Assembly (NCBI RefSeq): GCF_001194135.2
Contig: NC_068995.1
Coordinates: forward strand, 50,373,617-50,422,244
Direction: 5' to 3'
DNA: 48,628 bases
DNA from: Octopus bimaculoides
Taxonomy: Eukaryota
In this document: one piece after another, positions 11,355-23,142 of the stretch
How positions within the stretch are numbered: the first letter of the stretch is position 1
Layout: each line of letters opens with the position of its first letter
Made by a program: the position numbers and the translations under genes
Notes under the pieces: generated by a model
What the model saw: only the letters and a program-made list of their open reading frames with translations
What the model was told of the DNA's origin: nothing
Database searches by the model: none

Positions 11355-11580
11355 AATGCGACCATGCTGGTGCTGCATAAGTACACCCATGCCGGTGGCA
11401 GGTAAAAAACACCCAGCACACTGTGTTAAGTGGTTGGCATTAGGAAGGGCACTCAGCCATAGAAACCATGCCACAACAAACAGCTGGAGTCTGGACACCT
11501 CCCTGGTAGCCAGCTCCATGTCAAACTGTCCAATGCATGCCAGCATGGAAAGCAGACTTTAAACCATGATGATGATGATA
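11355..11580 (+). mobile_element. Short element with the RTE-type 3' tail and (GAT)n
   Basis: GTGGTTGGCATTAGGAAGGGCA...CATGCCAGCATGGAAAGCAGACTTTAAACCATGATGATG. Confidence 0.8.
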
Positions 11581-11584
11581 AATT

Positions 11585-11768
11585 TTGAAAACCATAAAGA
11601 ACTTAGTAAGATAACTTTGTTGTTAATAAGCTAAGTATTTGGAACATAAATTAACAATTAAAATTTCGATGGAAAGTTCTAATTTAGATCACCTTAAAAA
11701 AGGAAGTTTCTTTCAGAGAACAAACGGCAGTCTCAGGTTGGTTGGTTGGTTGGTATCAAAAGGGTTAA
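11585..11768 (-). mobile_element. piggyBac-like MITE family I, partial
   Basis: Ends TTGGTATCAAAAGGG|TTAA (11765-11768); body is the reverse complement of 6711-6900. Confidence 0.75.
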
Positions 11769-11944
11769 ACAAGTTCCTTTGTCTTTGCCATTTCAACAGT
11801 TCTGCCTTGGATGGGAGACTTAATCTATTACTATTTAACCCTCGGGTGCCTTTAGCAAAGTCTATTTTGTTTTAAGCATTTAAACGAAGCTTGAGGATAA
11901 TCCCATGAAGTGTAGCTGGTTCATTGCTTTCTATCACCAGTCTT

Positions 11945-12299
11945 GAAGACCCTGTCAAAAGATAATGGATGTATGGATGGATGGATGGATGGATGGATAT
12001 GACAAGGGTTTCTGCTGATCTGATCAATGAAACTGCTTGTGAAATCTATGTGCAAGTGGCTGAGCACTCCACAGATATGCATGCCCTTAACACAGTTCCC
12101 AGAAAGATTCAATGTGACACAGAATGTGACATGGCTGGCCCTTTGTATTACAGGTTCTACTCATTTTTGCCAGCTGAGTGAACTGGAACAACATGAAATA
12201 AAGTGTCTTGCTCAAGGACACAACACGTCACCAAGAATTGAACTCACGACCTTACAATCATGAGCCAAATACCCTGGCTACTAAGCCCCACACCTTCAC
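11945..12299 (-). mobile_element. SINE family C, 3' variant ii, interrupted by (GGAT)n
   Basis: CTCATTTTTGCCAGCTGAGTGAACTGG...AAGTGTCTTGCTCAAGGACAC core and tRNA-like head GAATTGAACTC...CTACTAAGCC; 3' module GCAAGTGGCTGAGCACTCCACAG. Confidence 0.85.
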
Positions 12300-12600
12300 T
12301 ACACACACACACACAAGTATCATCATCATCATCACACACAAAAACATACAGAACATATTACAAAGTTGTCACTCAACACATGAACACAAAACAACAAATG
12401 CAGAATGCTGGATAAAACCTAAGTTTGATCTGAATTGTAAAAAGAAGAGCTTAAGTAACTTGACTAAAGACCCAATGCAACAACATTTGACATAATATGA
12501 GCTTCCAATTTGCAGCAATTAGCAAACTGGACCCACCCAAAGTACTACTTTAATTACACAAAACTAATTATAAGCAACATATATGGTGAGAGTCCCTAGA

Positions 12601-12998
12601 CAGTACTGGATTAACCATTAAACAAAATAAGTACATGCTTAGGGTGTCAAGGGAGGTGAGGGAACCACAGAAATGGTAAATGGTTTAAGATACAAAAGAA
12701 ATCATATTAAACTTGCTATAATAATATTTGGGATGCTTTTTGTCTACTAAATATAGAAGTGTTATATAAAATTGATTTTTAAGATCTGATCAAAAACCTT
12801 GCAATTAAAAGAAGTAGGAAAAAAGTTTCCAAATATAAATAAAATGGAAGTATACATAAATAAACACTATCTTCCATTTTGCTGTTAGTTTTGTTTCATT
12901 TTGTAAAATAAAAAAGTTTTATAGTTTATTATTGTTTATAAGGGAGCACCAAAATCTATTAAGTGCTTAGGGCCTCGATGGGTTTTAATCCAGCCCTG
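12601..12998. mobile_element. hAT-like MITE, 398 bp
   Basis: TIRs CAGTACTGGATTAA and TTAATCCAGCCCTG; flanks TCCCTAGA (12593-12600) and TATCTAGA (12999-13006) form a degenerate 8-bp TSD; subterminal GCTTAGGG at both ends. Confidence 0.8.
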
Positions 12999-13319
12999 TA
13001 TCTAGAGCATCTTTTCCAGACGAAGACTTATTACACACAACTCCACACTATGGATGTATTGCATCCCCGGAAACCTTGCCATAATATGGGGTTCCATAAC
13101 AAATGTATTTCCGATAGACTGACATGGCTGAAACAGAAACTTAAGTATCACTTAACAGCGGATACAACCTGGAAGCTTGCAACACACTTTTGCAAATTGC
13201 TTTAAGTGCTGTAAGCAGTCATAGATAAATTCCTGGCCCTCAAACTCATCACCCAACAGAATATCAAAAATGTGACAGCTGCAGGGAGAGAAGTTCTGCT
13301 CTAGCAGATGGTTGGTCTT

Positions 13320-13450
13320 CATTTACAGCTGAGCAAACTGGTGCCACATGTAAATGTGTTTTGCTCAAGGAAACCATGTACTGCCTGGTTCAAAAATTGA
13401 ACCCATGGTCTCGTGGTCATGAGCCAACCACCCTAACCAGTATGCCACAT
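13320..13450 (-). mobile_element. SINE family C head and core, decayed
   Basis: CATTTACAGCTGAG...TGTGTTTTGCTCAAGG...ATTGAACCC...CCCTAACC. Confidence 0.7.
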
Positions 13451-13479
13451 ACTTTGTTTTTTTAGATTTATTATATATA

Positions 13480-13711
13480 TGTGTGTGTGTGTGTATTTAT
13501 GCGTCTGTGTCAGCCCCCTCATCATCACTTGACAACCAATGTTGTTGCATTTATATTCCCGTAACTTAGCAGTTTGGCAAAAGACACCAACATAATAAGT
13601 ACTAGGCTTACAAAGAATAAGTTCTGGTGTTGATTTGTTTGCCTAAAGCCGGTACTCCAGCATGGCCACAGTCAAATGACTGAAACAAGTAAAAGAATAA
13701 AAGAAAGAATA
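13480..13711 (+). mobile_element. SINE family B, 3' half
   Basis: CTTGACAACC...GTAACTTAGC...AAGTACTAGGCTTACAAAGAATAAG...CTCCAGCATGGCCACAGTCAAATGACTGAAACAAGTAAAAGAATAAAAG. Confidence 0.85.
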
Positions 13712-14560
13712 CACACACACACACATACATATATATACACACACACACACACATATACACAGTGGGGCTTAATCTGGAATCATGTGGTTGCGAAGTAAAT
13801 TTCTTACTACACAGCCATGCCAGTTAACTTCAACCAAAATAGAATTGGATTAATTAACAATTGAAGAAAGCTGAGTCTACAACTGGTTTTAAATCCCATG
13901 TTGGAATTTTGTTACTTTACTGATGCTGCAAATAGCTTCTGCAATGCAACTGAACATCAGACCATCCTACCTTCCACTGTGTTCTGATCATGAAGTCAAT
14001 ATGAATAAATTGCCCATATATAGCTATATCTGATATTGAAAAAGTACGTTAACTGATCAATAATTATCTCAATTATTTGAGATTGATAGCAATAGCAGTT
14101 GTCTAGCTCCAGATTAGCCCTGATCAAACTCACCTACGATCATAGGCATTCCATCAAAGCATGTTACATCTGTTTTTTAAACATACTGGGCTCGAAACTA
14201 CACTGCACATGGAGCTCTATTTTGAAGTGATAAGGTGCAGTTTGATGGATATTTCAGTGCTATTTCAAGCTAGCTGAGAAACCACATGAAGGATTGTATA
14301 TTGGTACGACTCAAAATTTGTCAATTATCAGTTTTGCTGGAAATAAATATTCTCTCAACAAAACCCTTTGAACATCACAACACGTATCGTTTATTGGATC
14401 CAAAGTTCCAAATGGCATCAATGGCCAGTTCTTAATCCTCCTCCTCATCATCATCATTTAGTGTCCATTTGTCTGAGTTTACTTGGCTTGATGGATCTTC
14501 CTTCTCAAGCACAGCATATTGTCAAAAGTCTTGGTCATTTGTCATTGCCTCCAATTTATA

Positions 14561-14738
14561 TATTTTGGCACAAGGCCAGCAATTTTTTAGCGGAAGGAGA
14601 TAAGTTGATTCCATTGACCCCGAAAGGATAAAAGGCAAAGTTGACCATTGGCGGAATTTACACTTAGAATGTAAAGACAGATGAAACGCCACTAAGCATT
14701 TTGCTTGGCATGTTAATAATTCTGCCAGCTTACCACCT
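14561..14738 (-). mobile_element. SINE family A with an internal deletion of about 32 bp
   Basis: Relative to 5951-6159 it lacks the segment between the two GACCCC direct repeats, consistent with a microhomology-mediated deletion. Confidence 0.85.
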
Positions 14739-14905
14739 TCAGGTCTCCTAATATTAAACACAAGAGAGACATATCAAGTTCAGGTAACATTTTCAGATGG
14801 CTAGGAGAACTGAGGCAAAGTTGAATAAAGAGTCCTGCTAAAAAATATTATATAAACTATTTACTACATTATACACCTGCATGCTGATTTGCTTGTAGGT
14901 TTTAA

Positions 14906-14926
14906 AGGGTTTTAACTGTATACATA

Positions 14927-14974
<48 letters not shown>

Positions 14975-15056
14975 NNNNNNNNNNNNNNNNNNNNNNNNNN
15001 NNNNNNNNNNNNNNNNNNNNNNNNNNNNNNNNNNNNNNNNNNNNNNNNNNNNNNNN

Positions 15057-15087
<31 letters not shown>

Positions 15088-15139
15088 TACGTGTACATGC
15101 ATGTGTCTGTGGGGGGTGTTTATACAGTATCAAAACCCT
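14906..15139. mobile_element. Candidate Kolobok-like MITE enclosing (AT)n/(CA)n and an 82-N gap
   Basis: TTAA (14902-14905)|AGGGTTTTAACTGTATA ... TATACAGTATCAAAACCCT|TTAA (15140-15143). Confidence 0.45.
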
Positions 15140-15597
15140 TTAAGCTCTAATCACAAGATATCTTGCGGAAACTAAAAGTGTAAAATAAGTCTCGGGGCTT
15201 AAATGGGGTTAAAGAAAAAAAATTGCAGCAATAAGGAAATTCTACTAAATCCAGTTAAAATTTCTATTAATTCTTTGATACTGCCCTACCACAAATAACT
15301 AAATATATGATGAAAAAAAAAAAAAAAAAAAACCCCACACATGACCCAAATTATTTCCAATAATGAACTGTTCCCTATATCTAAATTTTGAGAAGGCTAT
15401 AAATAACAGTGGTGAACTTCTCGTACCACAAGGAGTGAAAGACGGTCTAGAACTTGAAAGAATCAGTCTAAAAACAGTAGATATTTCATCTGTGGTGAAC
15501 TGACAAGTTCACTGCTTTGCTTTGACTGTAAAGATTTAGAAAAATATACTTCACTCTTACATGACATTATTTCTAATAAAACACACTGCTTATGATA

Positions 15598-15805
15598 TCT
15601 TTTACCTTTTACTTGTTTCAGTCATTAGACTGCGGCCATGCTGGAGCACCACCTTTAGTTGGAGAAATTGACCGCAGAACTTATTCTTTGTAAGCCTAGT
15701 ACTTATTCTATCGGTCTCTTTTTCTGAACAGCTAAGTTACGGGGACATAAACACACCAACATCAGTTGTCAAGCGATGGTGGGGGGGACAAACACAGGCA
15801 CAAAC

Positions 15806-15868
<63 letters not shown>

Positions 15869-16031
15869 GGGCTTCTTTCAGTTTCCATCTACCAAATCCA
15901 TTCACAAGGCTTTGGTCGATCCAAGGCTTCAACCCAAGGCTATAGAAGACACTTGCCCAAGGTACCACACAGCGGGACTGAACCTGGAACCATGTGGTTG
16001 GGAAGCAAGCTTCTTACCACACATCCATGCT
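15598..16031 (-). mobile_element. Full-length SINE family B with an internal (AT)n
   Basis: tRNA-like head (GGTTCCAGGTTCAGTCCC on minus), CORE-like CCTTGGGCAAGTGTCTTC, internal microsatellite and GACTGAAACAAGTAAAAG tail. Confidence 0.9.
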
Positions 16032-17042
16032 GTTTGTTAAATTTGAAGAAAAGAGAATTAATACAGGGGGGAGGAAGTTTTATAAAATAGCTCAACTTTC
16101 TTATTATTAAACGGGTATTTGGAACATGAATTAACAAGTTTGTCCATAAAATTATAAGTTTCTATTTAAATATGGACGCTTTGAAACAAGGTGTTTTGAA
16201 AAATGAAACTAGAGGTGGTTTGACATGAAAAAAAGTTATGGTTAAGCAAGTTACATACAAAATTTCTTTGTTTTGCTAATATAAATTTTTAGACAAAAGC
16301 TGCTCTGGTCTCATTGAAGTCGCTTTGATGACTAAATACATTTTTTATCTTTTTCAGGATCAGGGAAGACTTTTTTAACAGCTGAGTGAACAATAAGTGA
16401 CACGAAATTGTCATCTAATAACTAGTAGTTTAATAGAAAGAGAAATGTTGTCAATAGTCTTTTGTGCAATAATAGCTCTGCACACATATTACATTGCATG
16501 TGTGCGTTTGTGTGTGTGAGTGTGTGTGTGCTATATATTCAATACTCCATACTATGTCATGCTACACTATCTACCTTTAAATACACATGTACAAAGTTAT
16601 TTAAAATTGGAGAGAGAGAGGAATGAAAATTGAAATACAAAAATACAGAAAGACTTGAATATATTTAAAAGGAGATAATGGAGAAGGCAAATTCATGAAG
16701 AAAAGACCCCGAATAAGGGATAAGAGGCTGACATTGATAATCCAGCTAGAAGCAGCTGACATCTATCTCCCAGCTGTGTGACTAACTAAGAGGAAAATTT
16801 ATCAAGCCAGCTGCTGATAAACACTCTTTCTCTCCTAAACACAGAAAAAAATTATTTATTTATCCCACTGTTGTGTATATAATAATTACAATTACAGAGT
16901 ACCACAGTAAAAACTATTAAAAAGAAAAAAAAAATGAAGATAACAAATCTAACCACATTTTGATTGGGTTCAGTATGTGAACCCAAAAGTTTTAAGAAGA
17001 AACAGGAAGTTCTTAGTCTTTAAGGATAATTCTATTCACATC

Positions 17043-17112
17043 TAGAAGACACTTGCCCAAGATGCCACGCAGTGGGACTGAACCTGGAACCATGTGGTTG
17101 GTAAGCAAGCCC
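17043..17112 (-). mobile_element. SINE family B head fragment
   Basis: TAGAAGACACTTGCCCAAGATGCCACGCAGTGGGACTGAACCTGGAACCATGTGGTTGG. Confidence 0.8.
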
Positions 17113-18360
17113 TTCCTGATGTTGATGGTGATGATGTAAAGGTTGTACAATGCTTGTATAATATTTTAGCAGCAGTTTCACTATTTATGTTTAAACGTTT
17201 ATGAAAAAAAAAAAAAAAAAAAAAGATGCTGAAGGCATTTGTTGAAGGGTCAAATTCATAATTTATAACTAAAACAAAAAAAAATCTCATAGAGGACCAG
17301 TTTGGATGTTAATCTATTAAGTCTACAAACATATGAATATTTACTGAAGGGAGTAGAGCTAATCCTTAAATCCTTTAGAGGTGCTGGGTATTGGGTAAAA
17401 ATGGTTTCACCAGCTAATCATGCATGTATCAAATAATAGCTTGACTAAAACTAGTGAAGTAATGATAAGCAATAATAGTATTTATCAAATGCTATGAGTC
17501 ACCATAATAATTCTTTCAGGAACAAAGAAACTCAACTATCTTCTTCACCTCTTTATGCATATTTCAAGTAATAATGGGAAATTTATACAATTTATACACA
17601 CACACACACACACTATATATGTGTGTGTGTGTATATATATGTATATATTTGTCTATATATATGTGTATCTATCTATCTATCTATATGAGAGAGAGAGAGA
17701 GAAAGAAATATATCACACATAAGGATTTAAAAAGGGAAACACCCCTTTCAATGATTGTATATACTCTGAGAAAAAGAGAGAGACTTCTCTTTGTATTTCT
17801 CTCTCTTTCTGCTTTCTGTCAGTAGGTGATCAGTGGGTTTACTACATGGCACACTTCACAAAATGGTGTGAGAGCAACAGTGAAGTAGAATCCACTATTA
17901 TACTCCAAGTGTCCATAAAATACTGTTTATATAAACAATACAGAAATGCAAACAATTTAAATTATCCATGAATCATATTTAATTGTTCTTTCTACCTCTA
18001 TAAAATCTACTTGAATAGGACAAGAGACAGCAAGTCTCCAAAAAAACAGGAGCTGAGCAAGGCAGAACAGAGCAGGGCAGGGCAAGGCTTAAGACAGGTG
18101 AGTGGAGATGGGTGGAGGCTGTTATTTCAATGTTACCGTCAGTTATTCTAAATAAATATTATCCTTTAAGCTGCCTGCACTCTACAGGTACACGAAGTGT
18201 GAAGAAACGCAACCGGGAGATATATGTAAAGAGATGGAGCCACAGAGGGAGTTTCTATGTGGTCGCCTGATATGTTAAAAATAACAGCTAAATATCCTTA
18301 CTCCTATAAAAAGAAGGACGCAAGTACTAAGTTAGAGAGGGGGAGTGCTAAGCAGTGATA

Positions 18361-18810
18361 ATCATCATCATCATCATCATCGTTTAACGTCCGCTTTCCA
18401 TGCTAGCACGGGTTGGACGATTTGATTGAGGACTGGTGAGCCAGCAGGCTGCACCAGGCTCCAATCTGATCTGGCAGAGTTTCTACAGCTGGATGCCCTT
18501 CCCAACGCCAACCACTCCGAGAGTGTAGTGGGTGCTTTTACGTGCCACCGGCACGAGGACCAGTCACATGGTACTGGCAACGGCCATGCTCTAAAAGGTG
18601 TTTTTTATGTGCCACCTGCACGGGAGCCAGTCCAGCGGCACTGGCAATGACCTCGCTCAAATGATTTTCTAATGCGCCACCAGCTGGTAACGATTCTGCT
18701 CAAATGGTGCTATTTACAGGCCACTAGCACGGAAGCCAGACAGCTGTTCTGGCAATGAACATGCTCGGACAGTGCTATTAGTGCTCCACTGGCGCAGGTT
18801 CCAGTCATCG
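18361..18810 (-). mobile_element. RTE LINE 3'UTR with about five 45-65 bp modules and a (GAT)n tail
   Basis: The first ~180 bp are near-identical to the reverse complement of ~900-1083; repeated ...GTGCCACC...CTGGCAA...GCTC modules follow. Confidence 0.9.
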
Positions 18811-19076
18811 GGTGCAAATTTAAATCTAGTTCAAGTTAAAACCCCAAAGGAGTTCCTTTGAGAAATGCTGTTTTGCAGCACCCACTTAACCCAGTTGTTC
18901 CTCTCTTCTTATAGATGTACAAGTCAATCATAAAACAGAATCGAGCTCACCAACCTCACAGGACCTACCAAGGTCAACTAAGGTCATGCATGTTGATACT
19001 TGTTTCTCACAAAGCTGTCAAACAAAATTCACTAAAGGTCCGGCAAAGATTACTTCAACAAGAAATTTATCATTAA

Positions 19077-19595
19077 CCCTTTAGCATTCAATTATGTCAA
19101 ATATAAAAGGTAAAGACCCCCTTTGGTGATGCATGACCATGAGATTGAACCTAGAAAGTTCCTCTCTGAGGCACAAGTCTGGGCAAGGTTGTTTAGGGAA
19201 AACCAGCAGCCGCACATGCATACCAGTTTCCCCTCTCCATGTCACTGAGGTGACATCGCAACTCATTTCTACAGATGAATGAACTGGAGCAACGTGAAAT
19301 AAAGTGTCTTGCTCAAGAACACAACACACAGCCCAGTCTAGGAATCGAACTCACTACCTCATGATTGCAAGCCTGACACGCTAACCATTGAGCCATGTGC
19401 CTTCACATGTGCTTTCTGTCTAATGTAGTGCATGTTTATTCACATTATTTTGAATTAATCATACATTATCTTATACTTTCGGATTTTGATGATATCATTG
19501 TTTATCTTTAGAATGACATTGTAGGGTAAGTGCGAGAGACCTGGTCTGGTCAATTAGAATATAAAACTTGATATGGCCAGTTTGAATGCTAAAGG
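19077..19595. mobile_element. piggyBac-like MITE family II split by a SINE insertion
   Basis: TTAA (19073-19076)|CCCTTTAGCATTCAA ... TTTGAATGCTAAAGG; internal sequence matches 30689-30904; a further partial copy lies at ~19660-19795. Confidence 0.8.
19104..19406 (-). mobile_element. SINE family C, 3' variant iii, nested in the MITE
   Basis: Head GGAATCGAACTC...CTAACCATTGAGCC, shared core, 3' module ending GGGGTCTTTACCTTTTA (minus); flanked by TGTCAAAT and TGTCTAAT. Confidence 0.85.
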
Positions 19596-20572
19596 ATGAA
19601 CCTTTTCAACATCAACTCATTCAAGACTGCCTCTATTAAAGTGTTTAAATTTAAATTCACATCTTGGATTGAAATCGTTACATGAGAACAATATTGCAGA
19701 GTTGGGGTGAGAGACCAGATCAGGCCAGTTTGAACATAGAACAAGCAAAATATTTTGGACAGATATGGCCAGTTTAAATGCCAAAGGGTGAAACTTGAAA
19801 AGAAAAGTATATACTAAGGGTATGTAGTAAGTACTGAAGATGGATTGTCTCCCACCCCACCCGCTCTAAATATTTAATGATAATTTTTTTTTTCTTGGAC
19901 TCACTGAAAGACAAAAGGCCAAGTGAACCATGACAAGATTTGAACTCGGAGTATAAAGCGATGGAACAAAGTACTGCAAGGCATTGTGTTCCATGCTCCA
20001 TTTCTTCTGCAAACAAAAGTGTGATTTGCAAACTACAAGTAAGATAGTCAATGAGTAGCAATACAACAAAGAGCTAGCGTGACATTGGAAGGCTTAGCAA
20101 TACTTGATGTGAACACAATGTAACAAAGTAACAGACACATGGGGTTTATTCTAAACCTAGACAAGTTAGTATTGCTGTATTTAAGGAGTATTAAAACGCT
20201 GACTAGAAATATATATGTTGTGAGACAGACAGATAAGTTTGTTGTTGACATATTTTATGCATGTTGCTTTTGAAAAAGTGCCTTCAAATGTGGTGAGACA
20301 GATAGATAGAAAGACAAAGAGACAATTAGGTTAATGGTAATGCATTTAATGTATGAAGCATCAAAATGCTTAACTAAAGATATATGAGTTAAGGAAACTG
20401 AAAGAACATTATTTAGTGACCTAATTTGGCGAAGTAATTGAAACTTGAGGTCAAACTGTTAAAATTAAGACAGAAGAGAAATAAAGTAGGAGTCAACAGT
20501 ATTATGCCATACACAGTGCCAATGAATGATATAGTGTGATGTGGTGGTGTCAGTGGTACAGTAGGGTTGTAG

Positions 20573-20787
20573 TGGAGGTGCGTGGCTTAGTGGTTAAGGT
20601 GTTAGACTCATGATCACAAGATTGTGGTTTCGATTCCAGGACTGGGCGACGTGTTGTGTTTTTCAGGAAAACACTTCATTTCACATTGCTCCAGTCCAGT
20701 CAGCTGGCAAAAATGATTAATCCTGTGATGGATGCCAGGAAACTGGCTCTTATGAGTCGGTGTGTCTCAAGAAGGTAACTTCACTTC
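20573..20787 (+). mobile_element. SINE family C, 3' variant iv
   Basis: A box TGGCTTAGTGG, B box GGTTTCGATTCC, core TTGCTCCAGTCCAGTCAGCTGGCAAAAATG, 3' CTTATGAGTC...AAGGTAACTT. Confidence 0.85.
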
Positions 20788-21234
20788 ACTTTTACAGTAT
20801 GGTTGTAGCAGTAGTATTGGTGGTGTAATACAGTTGTGATGTCAGTGGAATAGTGATCTGATGTGGTGTTGGAGGTATAGTGTGGTTGTACTGTCAGTAG
20901 CATAGTGTGGCTCTAGTGTCGGTGGTATAGTGTGGTTTTTGTACCAGTTGTTGGTGCTTAACCCAAAGTCATCCCTGATAGAGCAAAAATCAACAATTAA
21001 AGACTACTCAATTGTGACCATCCCATATTTAATCTATGGGAAGGGTCTCCAGAACTACAATATCCAATGTTAACATTCTTAAGATAGTGGAGTGAGTGAA
21101 GGGAGATATGGCTGCTATTTCTAACAGGTCAAGCAAGCAACCACTGAGCTGCTGTAGATAAGTAGTATTATCTATGTTTTAGTGTGGTTATAGTATCACT
21201 AGTATTTAACAACTTGTAATAATAAGCTAACCAT

Positions 21235-21828
21235 AAGGCAGGAAGCTGGCAGAAACATTACCACACCAGGTGAAATGCTTAGCGGTATTTTATCTGTCTT
21301 TGTATTCTGAGTTCAAATTCCACCAAGGTCAGCTTTGCCTTTCATCCTTTCAGGGTCAATAAATTAAGTACCAGTTGCATACTGAGGTTGATTTAATTGA
21401 CTCGCCCCCCCCCCTCCCCCAAAATTTTGGGCCTTGTGCCTAGAGTAGAAAAGAATATTAAGCTTATTAAAGACAGCGAGCTGACAGAACCATTAGCATG
21501 CCAGGCAAAATACTTAGCAGTATTTGATCCATTTTTATGTTCAGAATTCAAATTCTGCCAAGGCTGACTTTGTCTTTCATCCTTTCAAGGTCAAAAAAGT
21601 AAGTACCAGTTGTGTACTGGTGGCCGATGTAACCAACTTCCTCTGAAATTGCTGCCCTTGTGCCAAAAATTTGAAACCAATATTAAACTAGTTGAGTTCA
21701 AATTTCACTGACAGCAACTTTACCTTCCATCCTTTTGGGGTCAATGAGTACCGGTTGTGCACTGGTGTCGATTAGACTAGCCCTTTCCTTCAAAATTTCA
21801 GGCCTTGTGCCTACTGTAAGAAAGGAAT
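21235..21828 (+). mobile_element. Three head-to-tail SINE family A copies
   Basis: Copies at ~21235-21458, ~21470-21685 and ~21694-21828 (headless); each has a GAGTTCAAAT-like B box and a CCTTTCATCCTTT-like core. Confidence 0.85.
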
Positions 21829-22249
21829 AGAAGCTGGTGTTTGGTAAACAACTTTGAAATTGTTCACAAGTAAAAAGAGAAAAAAATCTGATGGAATCTT
21901 CTCTTTCAATGCTTTGAAATCATTATTCATTCGATAATGAGTCATTTTTTTTTTTTTTTTTTTGAGATGAACAACTTTAAAATAAGTGGGTTCGGGGTGA
22001 AGGTCTCTCATATGCTGGTTTAAAAGTGGGGGGGGGGGAGTTAAATAAATTTATGCATTTGAAAACTGCAGCTGGTCAAGTTTTTCAATGTGTCACAGCC
22101 TACTGGTCAAAGGGTCAACAGTTGGTATCCAACACTCATGCTCTACTATGCCTATAAACTCTGACTGGTCACAGTTTTTATCTAGCTGAAAATACTGCTC
22201 CTTCCCCATCACAATCTTTTTTTAACCATGGGAAAGTGGTTGTTATAGA

Positions 22250-22558
22250 CAGCTGGTTTTAAACTCTTCTGTTATGGCCTGGAGAGCTATAACATCAAAG
22301 TCTGGGAACAACTACCTGTACATTAAATTTCTCACTCACACCTTGCTGACAGTATGCATCTTTACATGGTTGCACAGTTCTCACCACCATGGTACACTGT
22401 CAAAGGTCTTCTCCATGTCAATGAATGCTAGATGTAGTGGAGTGCTCTTTACTAAGAACTTCTCTTGTCACTGTCTCTGTAGCTGCATCAGTGATACTCA
22501 TCCTGGCACAAACCTGAATAGCATCTCATCTAAGCTATTGCTCTTCTTAATTAGTTGG
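22250..22558 (-). pseudogene. RTE-clade reverse transcriptase fragment
   Basis: Minus strand reads LDEMLFRFVPG*...QEKFLVKSTPLHLAFIDMEKTFDSVP...VIALQAITEEFKTSC, matching the RT Q.GF.PG and F.D.EKAFD motifs. Confidence 0.85.
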
Positions 22559-22562
22559 AAGC

Positions 22563-22810
22563 AAGATCATCAACTGAGAGTTCTACTGCAACATTTTGAA
22601 GTGTATGAAGGAGGACATTTGGCAAAAACGATCGGATCTGTGGAGCATCAAGAATTGGATTCTTCGTGACAACAATGTGCCTTGCCACTGAGCTCTCCTC
22701 ACTTGTGAATTTCTTGCAAAAAGCAATATGGTATTGTTTATGCACCTACCCTATTCACCAAATTAAGCACTTGTGGACTTCCATCTCTTCCCCAAGATGA
22801 AAATGAGACT
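22563..22810 (+). pseudogene. mariner transposase catalytic-domain fragment
   Basis: FYCNILKCMKEDIWQKRSDLWSIKNWILRDNNVPCH*ALLTCEFLAKSNMVLFMHLPYSPN*ALVDFHLFPKMK, matching the HHDNAP.H and YSPDLAP.DF mariner motifs. Confidence 0.9.
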
Positions 22811-22974
22811 TAGCTGTTATTTCTAGCAAATCATATAATCACACAGAGAAATCCCTCATTAGCTTGTAATAGCATAGAGGCAGTTTGGAAATGTCACAGT
22901 CCAACATTATCTTTAAGAGAATGGAGAAATGGAATTAGTATCTTGAGATCCTAAAACCAAGTTGTCACATAAGA

Positions 22975-23142
22975 ACCATTGGTATGGGTGCTGGTGCCAC
23001 ATAAAAAGCATCCAGTATGCTCTATGGAGTGGTTGGTGTTAAGACCATAGAAAGGTATCCATCCCTGCCAGTTCCTGTCAAGCCATCCAACCCATGCCAG
23101 ATTGGAAAATGGACATTAAATGTCGATGATGATGATGATGAT
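22975..23142 (+). mobile_element. Short element with the RTE-type tail and (GAT)n
   Basis: GGAGTGGTTGGTGTTAAG...CATCCAACCCATGCCAG...TGGAAAATGGACATTAAATGTC(GAT)n. Confidence 0.75.

Noticed and set aside
13169-13278. Strong minus acceptor followed by CHIFDILLGDEFEGQEFIYDCLQHLK
   Set aside because: Open frame is phase 1 while the upstream exon ends in phase 0; the donor GTTGTA is poor; no recognisable homology.
20573-20650. tRNA genes here and at other A/B-box sites
   Set aside because: No complete cloverleaf; all continue into SINE cores.
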